DNA of 41,104 nt from Patescibacteria group bacterium. GTDB taxonomy: Bacteria > Patescibacteriota > Minisyncoccia > Phycocordibacterales > UBA9973. Every line of letters begins with the position of its first letter. The first letter of the stretch is position 1. Below the pieces are notes generated by a model. The model searched no databases and was not told the origin of the DNA. It saw only the letters and a list, made by a program, of their open reading frames with translations. The stretch is taken from assembly GCA_038064635.1 (NCBI GenBank), contig JBBTSS010000029.1, forward strand, positions 1 through 41,104, in the 5' to 3' direction. The translations under genes were made by a program, and so were the position numbers. Positions 27,438 through 35,499 of the stretch are shown one piece after another.

Positions 27438-28283
27438 TTATTTGTTCTTCTTTCCAACTTTTCTGCGAGATACAAGGAATACATTTGAGTATTTCTTTGG
27501 ACTTCGTGTCTTTCGTCCTCCTGTAACTTTACCCCATAGAGTCTTTGGTCGCTTTGTACCACGTCCTTGTCGTCCTTCACCTCCACCGTATGGGTGATCT
27601 ACTGGGTTCATGGCAGTACCACGAACTCTTGGACGAATACCCATCCAGCGACTCTTTCCAGCCTTTCCGTAGTTTTCTAAGTGATGTTCTTCATTTGATA
27701 CGTTACCAATAGAAGCAAAACACTTTTCATTAATCTTTCGAACTTCTGTTGAAGGCATTTTGATATTTGTGTATCCATCAGCATTTGCTACTACTTGAGC
27801 AGCTATTCCTGCAGATCGAGCGATCTTCGCTCCTCCCATAGGCTTGATCTCAATGTTATACACGAATGTTCCAACTGGAATATTCTTCAAAGGCAGTCTG
27901 TTTCCTGGAGTAAGAGGTGCATTTTCTGAAACCACAAAACTGTCTCCAGTTTTAATACTCTTTGGGATAAGCACATATCTCTTTTCTCCGTCTTTATATA
28001 CTGCAAGACCTATGAATGATGTTCGGTTTGGGTCGTATTCGATAGTAGTGATCTTTGCAGGAATATCTTTTTTATCATATAGAAAATCAACTTCACGGAA
28101 AAGTCTCTTATGTCCTCCTCCTTTGTGACGCATAGTGATACGTCCAGCACTATTTCTTCCAGCGTGACGCTTAAATCCATGAGTCAAAGACTTTAGTGGA
28201 GTAGCACCTTTTGTAAGTACACCTTTGTAGGTGACTGTCGCCATTTGTCTTCTTGATTTACTTGTAGGTTTGTATTTTTTCAT
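27438..28283 (-). CDS. rplB: 50S ribosomal protein L2
   Basis: EYDPNRT, ARSAG, RGTAMNPVDHPYGGGEG. Confidence 0.99.
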   Translation of the reverse strand: MKKYKPTSKSRRQMATVTYKGVLTKGATPLKSLTHGFKRHAGRNSAGRITMRHKGGGHKRLFREVDFLYDKKDIPAKITTIEYDPNRTSFIGLAVYKDGEKRYVLIPKSIKTGDSFVVSENAPLTPGNRLPLKNIPVGTFVYNIEIKPMGGAKIARSAGIAAQVVANADGYTNIKMPSTEVRKINEKCFASIGNVSNEEHHLENYGKAGKSRWMGIRPRVRGTAMNPVDHPYGGGEGRQGRGTKRPKTLWGKVTGGRKTRSPKKYSNVFLVSRRKVGKKNK

Positions 28284-28297
28284 CGTATTTATTTATA

Positions 28298-28582
28298 TTA
28301 AACAAGTTCTATCTTGTCTCCTTTTTTCAAATATACAATAGCCTTTTTACCACCTGACTTTGTACCTTTAATACCTTTTCTTGAACGAACTTGTTTTTCT
28401 TTTACAGTAACTACGTTCACTTTTGTAGGTTTTACTTTGTATAATGCAAATACAGCTTTTTTAATTTCTGTTTTATTTGCATTATCTACAACATCAAAAG
28501 TGTAGATATTTTGTTCAGCTACCATTGAAGACTTTTCAGTCACTCTAGGATTTTTTATTAAGATTGTTGTTGCTTTTACCAT
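28298..28582 (-). CDS. rplW: 50S ribosomal protein L23
   Basis: PRVTEKS, ANKTEIKKAV, KKAIVYL. Confidence 0.97.
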   Translation of the reverse strand: MVKATTILIKNPRVTEKSSMVAEQNIYTFDVVDNANKTEIKKAVFALYKVKPTKVNVVTVKEKQVRSRKGIKGTKSGGKKAIVYLKKGDKIELV

Positions 28583-28589
28583 ATATTTA

Positions 28590-29252
28590 TTACATTCCTC
28601 GAGATTCTAAAAATTTTATACTCTCAACAGGACTTTCTATTAAAAGGTATTTGTGGTTTAGGATATCAAGTGGATTTAAATTCTTTAAGAAAACTATGTC
28701 TAATGAAGGGATATTTCTAAAAGACTTTTCTGCGTTTTCATTACGTCCAAAGAGTGCAGTAAGAACACGAGGTTTCTTTGAAGTAGACATTTCTTTGTAG
28801 CCAGTAGCTTTTGCTAAATTCTTCATTACTTCTACTCCTTCTTTTGTATTTATCTTTGAAACTGTAAGTGAATCAACAAAAACAATTTCTCCATCTTTGA
28901 GTTTCTTTGAAAGTACTGAGAAAAGAGCTTGAGCACGCATTTTCTTTGAGATTTTTCTCTTATAGTTCTTGTCTGAAAGAGGACCGTGTGTAACACCTCC
29001 ACCTACCCAGATAGGACTTCGTGAAGATCCATGACGAGCACGTCCTGTTCCTTTTTGTTTCCAAGGTTTTTTACCACCTCCAGAAACTTCACCACGATCT
29101 TTTGTATCAGCAGTACCAGCTCGTTTGTTTGAGCGCATACTTTCTACTACTTGGTGAACTAAGTCACTACGCCATTTTGCAGCAAATACTCGTGCTGGTA
29201 ACTTTATAGCTTCTACTTCTTTACCTTTTTGATTGTATATTTTTGCTTCCAT
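28590..29252 (-). CDS. rplD: 50S ribosomal protein L4
   Basis: EVSGGGKKPWKQKGTGRARHGS. Confidence 0.98.
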   Translation of the reverse strand: MEAKIYNQKGKEVEAIKLPARVFAAKWRSDLVHQVVESMRSNKRAGTADTKDRGEVSGGGKKPWKQKGTGRARHGSSRSPIWVGGGVTHGPLSDKNYKRKISKKMRAQALFSVLSKKLKDGEIVFVDSLTVSKINTKEGVEVMKNLAKATGYKEMSTSKKPRVLTALFGRNENAEKSFRNIPSLDIVFLKNLNPLDILNHKYLLIESPVESIKFLESRGM

Positions 29253-29263
29253 ATTATTTCAAA

Positions 29264-29878
29264 TTATTTGCTGACTATTTCAACTAAAGAACCTCGCACA
29301 CCAGGAATTGCACCTTTTATAAGCATAGTATTATTTTCTTGATCTAAGAAAACAACCTTCAAATTCTTTTGAGTTATTCGATCAGATCCCATTCTACCTG
29401 CCATACGCATACCTTTTGGTACGTGTGTTCGAAGACCTCCTCCGATAGAACCAGCCTCGCGCTCTGAGTGTTTCTGACCGTGTGAACGAGGACCTCCATG
29501 GAAACCATGACGTTTTACAACACCTTGGAAACCTTTACCTTTTGAAGTAGAAGAAACTTGAAGTTTATCTCCAACTGCAAAGACATCAGCTACGTTCATA
29601 GTGTCCCCTACTTTATAAGTAGGCTCTTCTTTAAGTCTAAATTCTTTTATGAATCTAAAGTTTCCTAAATCTTTTAAATGTCCTTTTACAGCTTTACTGA
29701 TGTTTTTTGCACCTTTTGTACCAAATCCAACTTGTACAGCATTGTAGCCATCTGTTGCTTTAGTCTTGACCTGAGTTACTACAGTAGGACCAGCGTTTAT
29801 TATTGTAACAGGAGTCACAACACCGTCTTCAGTAAAATACTCCATCATATTCTGTTTTACTCCAAGAATGAATTTCAT
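29264..29878 (-). CDS. rplC: 50S ribosomal protein L3
   Basis: DGYNAVQVG, SKGKGFQGVVKRH, MAGRMG. Confidence 0.98.
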   Translation of the reverse strand: MKFILGVKQNMMEYFTEDGVVTPVTIINAGPTVVTQVKTKATDGYNAVQVGFGTKGAKNISKAVKGHLKDLGNFRFIKEFRLKEEPTYKVGDTMNVADVFAVGDKLQVSSTSKGKGFQGVVKRHGFHGGPRSHGQKHSEREAGSIGGGLRTHVPKGMRMAGRMGSDRITQKNLKVVFLDQENNTMLIKGAIPGVRGSLVEIVSK

Positions 29879-29893
29879 AAATATTTTATATTC

Positions 29894-30271
29894 TTACATC
29901 ATCTTCACGTCGATATCAACTCCAGAAGGTAAAGATAGGTTAGTAAGGGCTTCTACTGTTTTTGCATTTGGGTTTACAATATCAATCAATCTTTTGTGCA
30001 CTCTCATTTCAAATTGCTCACGAGCGTTTTTGTAGATGAAAGAAGCACGGTTTACTGTGTATTTCTTGATCTCAGTAGGCAAAGGAACAGGACCTACAAC
30101 TTGTGCATCGTAACGCATAGCTGTGTCAATGATTTGTTTTACTGACGCATCCAAGATCTTGCTTTCGTAAGCTCGTACTCGAATACGTAATACAACTGTA
30201 CCATCTTCCTTCTTTGGAGCTTTTGGAGCTCCCTTCACTTTAGTCTTCTTTTTTGTTTCTGTACTTTCCAT
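29894..30271 (-). CDS. rpsJ: 30S ribosomal protein S10 / NusE (Lys-rich N-terminal extension)
   Basis: GPVPLPT, REQFEMRVHKRLIDI. Confidence 0.98.
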   Translation of the reverse strand: MESTETKKKTKVKGAPKAPKKEDGTVVLRIRVRAYESKILDASVKQIIDTAMRYDAQVVGPVPLPTEIKKYTVNRASFIYKNAREQFEMRVHKRLIDIVNPNAKTVEALTNLSLPSGVDIDVKMM

Positions 30272-30289
30272 GAAAATTAATTAAGTAAA

Positions 30290-31483
30290 TTAAGCGAGAA
30301 TTTTTGTAACAACACCTGCACCTACTGTCTTGCCTCCTTCACGAATAGCGAATTTCTGTGATTCTTCAAGAGCAACTGGAGTAACTAGTTTAACTGTGAT
30401 CTTTACGTTGTCTCCAGGCATAACCATTTCCTTGCCTTCTTCTAATACAACTTCACCGGTAACGTCAGTAGTACGGATGTAGAATTGTGGCTTGTATCCT
30501 TTGAAGAATGGAGTATGACGTCCACCTTCTTCTTTCTTTAATACGTATATTTCAGCTGTGAAATTATCGTGTGGAGTAGTAGTACCTGGCTTACATAGAA
30601 CCTGTCCACGTGTAATATCTTCTTTCTTTAGACCACGGAGAAGGATTCCAGCGTTATCTCCAGCCATACCTTCTTGAAGGTTTTTGTTAAACATTTCAAT
30701 ACCAGTAACAACTGATTTTTGAGTTGCTCTAATTCCAACAACTTCGATTTCTTCACCCACCTTTACTACTCCTCTTTCGATCTTACCTGTAACAACAGTT
30801 CCACGTCCTTCGATTGAGAAGATATCTTCAACAGGCATAAGGAAAGGCTTTGTAATATCTCTTTCGGGTACAGGGATATATGTATCAAGAGCGTTTGTAA
30901 GTTCAAGAACTTTTTGAGCCCAAGGATCGTTGACATCAGTAGCTTCAAGAGCTTTCAAAGCAGAACCACGGATAACTGGAGCACCTGCACCATCAAAACC
31001 TTGTTTTGTAAGGAGTTCACGGATTTCTTCTTCAACCATATCAATCATGTCGTTATCATCAACCATATCGCACTTGTTTAAGAATACGATAATCTTTGGC
31101 ACACCAACTTGTTTTGCTAAAAGGATGTGTTCACGAGTCTGAGGCATAGCACCGTCAGTAGCAGCAACCACAAGAATAGAACCGTCCATTTGAGCGGCAC
31201 CTGTGATCATGTTTTTGATGTAGTCAGCGTGACCAGGAGCATCGATGTGTGCGTAGTGACGAGCATCAGTAGCGTACTCGTTGTGAGAAATGTTAATAGT
31301 TATTCCACGAGCTTTTTCTTCAGGAGCGTTGTCGATTTGACTAACGTCTTTCATTCTTACAGTCTTACCTGCAAGGTTAAGAACGTTCAAAATAGCTGCT
31401 GTTAAAGTAGTCTTTCCATGGTCAACGTGACCAATTGTACCCACGTTTACGTGTGGCTTGTCTCTTTTAAATTCTTCTGCCAT
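30290..31483 (-). CDS. tuf: Elongation factor Tu
   Basis: [37 protein letters not shown]. Confidence 0.99.
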   Translation of the reverse strand: MAEEFKRDKPHVNVGTIGHVDHGKTTLTAAILNVLNLAGKTVRMKDVSQIDNAPEEKARGITINISHNEYATDARHYAHIDAPGHADYIKNMITGAAQMDGSILVVAATDGAMPQTREHILLAKQVGVPKIIVFLNKCDMVDDNDMIDMVEEEIRELLTKQGFDGAGAPVIRGSALKALEATDVNDPWAQKVLELTNALDTYIPVPERDITKPFLMPVEDIFSIEGRGTVVTGKIERGVVKVGEEIEVVGIRATQKSVVTGIEMFNKNLQEGMAGDNAGILLRGLKKEDITRGQVLCKPGTTTPHDNFTAEIYVLKKEEGGRHTPFFKGYKPQFYIRTTDVTGEVVLEEGKEMVMPGDNVKITVKLVTPVALEESQKFAIREGGKTVGAGVVTKILA

Positions 31484-31611
31484 ATATTTATGTGTTTACC
31501 AACTAGGACTCAATATACGATCGTGTTACTAAGGCCTAATTACTAAATAAATTAAACTAATAATATTTTAAAATTACCAACTAAAAAACTGCGAAAGTGC
31601 AGTTACAGACC

Positions 31612-31639
31612 ATAATAGCAGATTAAAAAACAAAGTCAA
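31612..31639 (-). promoter_or_regulatory. Promoter of the tuf-rpsJ-...-rplB unit
   Basis: TTGACT-N16-TATTAT with extended -10 TG. Confidence 0.7.
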
Positions 31640-31643
31640 ATAA

Positions 31644-31680
31644 AAAAGCGACGGGTATCATGGAGACACCTATCGCTTTT
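31644..31680 (-). terminator. Terminator of small-ORF cassette 33082..31700
   Basis: AAAAGCGA...TCGCTTTT imperfect hairpin with U tract. Confidence 0.65.
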
Positions 31681-31699
31681 GTTTTGAATAAAAATCCTA

Positions 31700-31936
31700 C
31701 TAAGTCTGTTTCTTTAGAATGTTACCTAAAAAATCGGTTTTCGTCTTTTGGTGACAAAAATCGCAAACCCTATAATGATGCGCTCCGAGGAAACGCATAT
31801 TGGAATTTGAGCAGAATTTTTTAGCCAACCTACTTTTACATTGACATGTTGGAAGATCGCAAACGCGAACCTTCCCTCCTTGATGCCACAAAACGCTACC
31901 TAGCGTTCCTTGGCAAAATGGTCGCGGACATTCCAT
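31700..31936 (-). CDS. Small Cys-rich putative zinc-ribbon protein (78 aa)
   Basis: CPRPFC, CDLPTCQC, C, CDFC (8 Cys); cassette-type spacer upstream. Confidence 0.65.
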   Translation of the reverse strand: MECPRPFCQGTLGSVLWHQGGKVRVCDLPTCQCKSRLAKKFCSNSNMRFLGAHHYRVCDFCHQKTKTDFLGNILKKQT

Positions 31937-31962
31937 AATCTAGTTTTTTAAAAGTGAAAATT

Positions 31963-32478
31963 TTATTTCCTTCCTTTGTAAACCCAAATATTGATTTCCG
32001 TAATTCCAGTTCTTTTTTCGTTGTTTCTGTACTGATTGACCTTGTGGACAAAAAAGTTTTCTTTACTGACACGAGGGGTATAACCTTTAAGAATTAAAAA
32101 TCCCACAACCCTTGTACCAAGAGCCAAGTCTTCATCCCCTGAAGAAAAAGGTTCTGTAAATACAGATTCCGCGATAAGTTCATAACCAGCTCTTGGTGAA
32201 TAACGACTGTAAATAACATTAAACTGTCGTAAGTTACCTTCACTTACAGTCTTCTTTAGCAACAAAAGACAGGAATGTCCTACTTTCTCAATAAGCTTTT
32301 TTTCCTGGAATTTCCAGGAGCTAAACCTTCCCAAAATAAGAGTCTGCCTAGAGGTATGAATAGCCGCGTAATTTCCTGCAATGATTTTTGCGACAAAATT
32401 TACCTGGTCAGCGATAGTGTTTGTTTTTTGAACCTTACCTTTTAGTAAATATTTCAAAAAAAATGCTCGAACGCTCAT
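31963..32478 (-). CDS. Hypothetical protein (171 aa)
   Basis: Tiles head-to-tail with neighbours; cassette-type spacer TTCACCCATTAAAATTTTTAACACC upstream. Confidence 0.65.
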   Translation of the reverse strand: MSVRAFFLKYLLKGKVQKTNTIADQVNFVAKIIAGNYAAIHTSRQTLILGRFSSWKFQEKKLIEKVGHSCLLLLKKTVSEGNLRQFNVIYSRYSPRAGYELIAESVFTEPFSSGDEDLALGTRVVGFLILKGYTPRVSKENFFVHKVNQYRNNEKRTGITEINIWVYKGRK

Positions 32479-32506
32479 GGTGTTAAAAATTTTAATGGGT
32501 GAAATT

Positions 32507-32818
32507 TTATTTTTTTGTGTATTCGGTACTATTCAACTTCCATTGTCTTTTGCACAAAACTTTCGCCTTGTACATAAGTACATTTCGATGAAAAGAAAAA
32601 ATACCCGCCCCTATAAATACAGTAAGGACTTCTGTATCACCCCACTTCCAAGGAATTGGAACCATGTACCTTGTAATCATAATATCGTACTTCTTAGCAA
32701 AATCGTCCACAATCCTTAAACCACTTATCGGAAAGTACGTTGGGGTATTCAATTTAACAAGAATCATTTTGGCGTATTCTGCGGCAAGTTCGTTTATTAT
32801 CTCTTCTTTCTTTTTCAT
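32507..32818 (-). CDS. Small hypothetical protein (103 aa), paralog family member A
   Basis: Aligns by eye with 34753..35058 and 35085..35357. Confidence 0.75.
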   Translation of the reverse strand: MKKKEEIINELAAEYAKMILVKLNTPTYFPISGLRIVDDFAKKYDIMITRYMVPIPWKWGDTEVLTVFIGAGIFSFHRNVLMYKAKVLCKRQWKLNSTEYTKK

Positions 32819-32881
32819 GGAGAAAAATTTTTTACAAATAACACTCCTTTTTAGGTATGTGCCTTTGTATGGTGAGAAGTT

Positions 32882-33082
32882 TTATTTTTTCTTAAAGAAT
32901 GGTAACACAACCGTAAATTTCTTTGGAGCAAGGTCAGGAAATTGAACATTCCTGGAATCAAGACTCCAACCCTTTTTCTGCATTTTAGTAGTAACGTTCA
33001 CAGCAACTCTAGAAACTCTACCAGAGAAGCCTTTTCTTTTATCCGCAATAATTATTTTTGTTGTCTTTTCTTCCTTTGCCAT
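32882..33082 (-). CDS. Small basic hypothetical protein (66 aa)
   Basis: First ORF after the promoter/boxA leader at 33175..33125. Confidence 0.6.
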   Translation of the reverse strand: MAKEEKTTKIIIADKRKGFSGRVSRVAVNVTTKMQKKGWSLDSRNVQFPDLAPKKFTVVLPFFKKK

Positions 33083-33124
33083 AGCGAGATTATTTTGTGG
33101 ACATAATGTCCGGGTTAGAAGGAT

Positions 33125-33175
33125 GTTTTCAAAGAGGTATTTTGCTCACTATACAATACATGAATATAAATGCAA
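33125..33175 (-). promoter_or_regulatory. Cassette promoter plus boxA-like leader
   Basis: TTGCAT-N16-TATAGT-GAGCAAAATACCTCTTTGAAAAC. Confidence 0.65.
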
Positions 33176-33221
33176 TAGACCCCAATTTGCAGAATGAACA
33201 TTCTATTGTAGAATTGTACCA

Positions 33222-34028
33222 ATGCCTAAAAAACTAAAACTCATATCTCTAAACATAGAAAAACATCACCACCTCCCTATTGTTCTAGATTTTATAAAAA
33301 AAGAAAAACCAGACATAATATGTCTCCAAGAAATATATATAGAAACTTTTGAATCATTTAAAAAAGAGTTAGAAATGAATGGGGTTTTTTGTCATCAAGT
33401 GATGTATCAAACAGAAGACGGAATATCTCATTCTGAAGGCCTGGCAATACTCACTCCCTTGTCAATAAATTCTTCACAAGCCATACCATATACCACAAAT
33501 GACGAAAATGAATCTAAAGAAATCTCAACAAAAAACTTACCAGAAAAAAATCAAGACAAAAATTACATAAACAAACAACACCATAGAAAACTTCTGGTAG
33601 CAGAGATATCAAATGAAGATCAGAAATTCAACATATCAACGACTCACTTTACTTGGGCTTTTTATGGACATTTTGATAAAGAAAAAAAAGAATTCGTCTG
33701 GGATACAGATGAAAATACCGTAGAAGAGCAATTAAAAGATATGAGAAAGATATTTGATATATTTGATACTTTTACAGATATTGTCTTTTGTGCGGACCTA
33801 AATGCTCCACGAGGTAAAAAAGTTTTCGACATGGTTGCAAATAAACTCAAAGACAATATTCCTCTAGAATATAAAACAAGCATAGATGAAAATCTTCATA
33901 GGCTGGGTGCCCCACTTCCCTTGATGGTAGACGGTGTGTTTACAACACAAGAATACAAAGTAACAAACGTAATATTAAAAAGTGGTATCAGCGACCACTT
34001 GGCAGTTATCTGTGAAATAAGTAAATAA
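33222..34028 (+). CDS. Endonuclease/exonuclease/phosphatase (EEP) family protein
   Basis: SLNI, DIICLQEI, TTHF, ADLN, VDG, ISDHLAV motifs. Confidence 0.9.
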   Translation: MPKKLKLISLNIEKHHHLPIVLDFIKKEKPDIICLQEIYIETFESFKKELEMNGVFCHQVMYQTEDGISHSEGLAILTPLSINSSQAIPYTTNDENESKEISTKNLPEKNQDKNYINKQHHRKLLVAEISNEDQKFNISTTHFTWAFYGHFDKEKKEFVWDTDENTVEEQLKDMRKIFDIFDTFTDIVFCADLNAPRGKKVFDMVANKLKDNIPLEYKTSIDENLHRLGAPLPLMVDGVFTTQEYKVTNVILKSGISDHLAVICEISK

Positions 34029-34030
34029 AA

Positions 34031-34057
34031 AGCCCGGCCGTTTTACACGACAGGGCT
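34031..34057. terminator. Terminator between convergent EEP gene and small-ORF cassette
   Basis: AGCCC...GGGCT hairpin preceded by an A run. Confidence 0.5.
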
Positions 34058-34082
34058 AGGTGAATAAATGTTTCATTTTTTG

Positions 34083-34262
34083 TTAACGGTTGTAAAAACC
34101 TCTGCGCTGCATCCATTTATGCAAATCCTCCCCGGGCTGAAGCCTTAGTGCGGCCTGCTCATCCCTCTCTGCTTTAGAGAGTTTGTTTTTAACTGGTTTA
34201 ACAACTTGAATTTTTACATTTTTAGAATTTTTTAATGGCGAGGCACTTTGTTTCTTTGCCAT
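34083..34262 (-). CDS. Small basic hypothetical protein (59 aa)
   Basis: MAKKQSASP...; ATG 34262 preceded by CTCACCTTCAAATTTTTTGATT. Confidence 0.6.
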   Translation of the reverse strand: MAKKQSASPLKNSKNVKIQVVKPVKNKLSKAERDEQAALRLQPGEDLHKWMQRRGFYNR

Positions 34263-34289
34263 AATCAAAAAATTTGAAGGTGAGTAAAA

Positions 34290-34397
34290 TTAGATATGAA
34301 ACAACAAACTGAAGACCAGACTCATGGTCTTTTTTTCTTTTAGTTTTCTTAAAGTCTCTTCGGAGACTACTACTTTTTTAACTACTTTCTTTGCCAT
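34290..34397 (-). CDS. 35-aa ORF not in the track: MAKKVVKKVVVSEETLRKLKEKKTMSLVFSLLFHI
   Basis: Translated by hand; first ORF after promoter 34504..34477; basic N-terminus and hydrophobic C-terminus. Confidence 0.5.
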   Translation of the reverse strand: MAKKVVKKVVVSEETLRKLKEKKTMSLVFSLLFHI

Positions 34398-34476
34398 AAT
34401 AAATATAGAGTTTTTACTTTTTTAAAAGTATATAAATGAAAAATATATTTTCGAAGAAATGAAGTATTTTTTAGAT

Positions 34477-34504
34477 ACTATACAACAGTTCTAAATATAT
34501 GCAA
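34477..34504 (-). promoter_or_regulatory. Cassette promoter
   Basis: TTGCAT-N16-TATAGT followed by AAAAAATAC and a degenerate boxA TTCTTCGAAAA. Confidence 0.6.
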
Positions 34505-34512
34505 ATAAAAAA

Positions 34513-34533
34513 GGCCTTTCATTACAAAAGGCC
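34513..34533 (-). terminator. Terminator of cassette 35357..34561
   Basis: GGCCTTT...AAAGGCC hairpin followed by a U run on the minus strand. Confidence 0.65.
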
Positions 34534-34560
34534 CTGTTTGTTTGTGATTGAATAAAGAAT

Positions 34561-34731
34561 TCACGACTGAAGAGATTTTAAGGTTGCGTTAATTGCCTTT
34601 ACCCTCTTCAACATGTCATTTCTTTGATTTTTTAGCTTAGTGCTATTCGTGATTTGTCGAATTTTTCCTAACAACTTGCCTTTTTCATCAACAAGCTGGA
34701 AGAATAGAGTTCTTTTTTCAGTCTCTCTCAT
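34561..34731 (-). CDS. 56-aa ORF not in the track: MRETEKRTLFFQLVDEKGKLLGKIRQITNSTKLKNQRNDMLKRVKAINATLKSLQS
   Basis: Translated by hand; fills the gap between 34753 and the terminator; helical and basic. Confidence 0.55.
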   Translation of the reverse strand: MRETEKRTLFFQLVDEKGKLLGKIRQITNSTKLKNQRNDMLKRVKAINATLKSLQS

Positions 34732-34752
34732 GATGTTAGTAGTTTTAAAAAT

Positions 34753-35058
34753 TTAAGTTTTTACTTTTGTAGTTTGACCTGCAATCCATTGTCCTTTAGT
34801 TGGACCATAGCCACGCATGATTGAATAACTTTTTTTGAAAGAATAGGAATACTCCCCTATACGTACAACAAGTTTTTCGTTCTTCGCAAAGAGCTTCGTT
34901 GTCGAGACAAACTCAATGTCTGTCGAAAAGTTTTGACCTTTAGCAAAGTTTCTAGCGATAGTTGCAGGACTTTGGTCAGCAAGTTGCTTCATGTTAAGTC
35001 GAGTAAGCAACATTGCGGCTTTAGCGTCTGAGCTGTGCTGATTCATGAAAGTGTTCAT
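34753..35058 (-). CDS. Small hypothetical protein (101 aa), paralog family member B
   Basis: Aligns with A and C; cassette-type spacer TTCACCCTTTAAATTTTAAAATC. Confidence 0.75.
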   Translation of the reverse strand: MNTFMNQHSSDAKAAMLLTRLNMKQLADQSPATIARNFAKGQNFSTDIEFVSTTKLFAKNEKLVVRIGEYSYSFKKSYSIMRGYGPTKGQWIAGQTTKVKT

Positions 35059-35084
35059 GATTTTAAAATTTAAAGGGTGAACTA

Positions 35085-35357
35085 TTATGAATTTACTTTT
35101 TTCCAGGAAGTTACATGGATGGAAAAAATTAAATTTCTTATTTCGCGTTGAAATATTTGTCGAACTGATCCCATTTTTACAAAAAGTCTTTCTTTTCTTG
35201 AGTTGCCAAATTTACAAGTCACAAATTGCACATCGATAAGAAGTGCATATTTTTTACCAAATTCAACTATAAATCTTTTTCCACACTCTTCATTTTGAGG
35301 CAAGTTTAAGTCCATTAAAATGACCCCAAACCAGTAATTTAAACTTTTAATGTCCAT
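35085..35357 (-). CDS. Small hypothetical protein (90 aa), paralog family member C
   Basis: Aligns with A and B; first ORF after the promoter/boxA leader. Confidence 0.75.
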   Translation of the reverse strand: MDIKSLNYWFGVILMDLNLPQNEECGKRFIVEFGKKYALLIDVQFVTCKFGNSRKERLFVKMGSVRQIFQREIRNLIFSIHVTSWKKVNS

Positions 35358-35412
35358 AAGAATACAGAAGTTTATACCAACAAATAAGATTTGTGGCGTT
35401 GTTATTGTTTTA

Positions 35413-35461
35413 TTTCAAAGATGTATTTGCCTCACTATACAATATTTTCAATAAAAAACAA
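35413..35461 (-). promoter_or_regulatory. Cassette promoter plus boxA-like leader
   Basis: TTGTTT-N16-TATAGT-GAGGCAAATACATCTTTGAAA; 29/32 identical to 33127..33158. Confidence 0.65.
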
Positions 35462-35491
35462 GCCTATCTTAGGTATTGCCTAAAACAGGCT
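35461..35491 (-). terminator. Terminator after the ABC ATPase
   Basis: AGCCT..TTAGG/CCTAA..AGGCT imperfect hairpin followed by T-rich sequence. Confidence 0.5.
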
Positions 35492-35499
35492 ATTCCTAT

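Noticed and set aside
31700-35357. Small-ORF arrays as an integron or prophage remnant
   Set aside because: No attC-like palindromes with GTTRRRY ends, no integrase and no recognisable phage genes; spacers are mostly only 21-28 bp.
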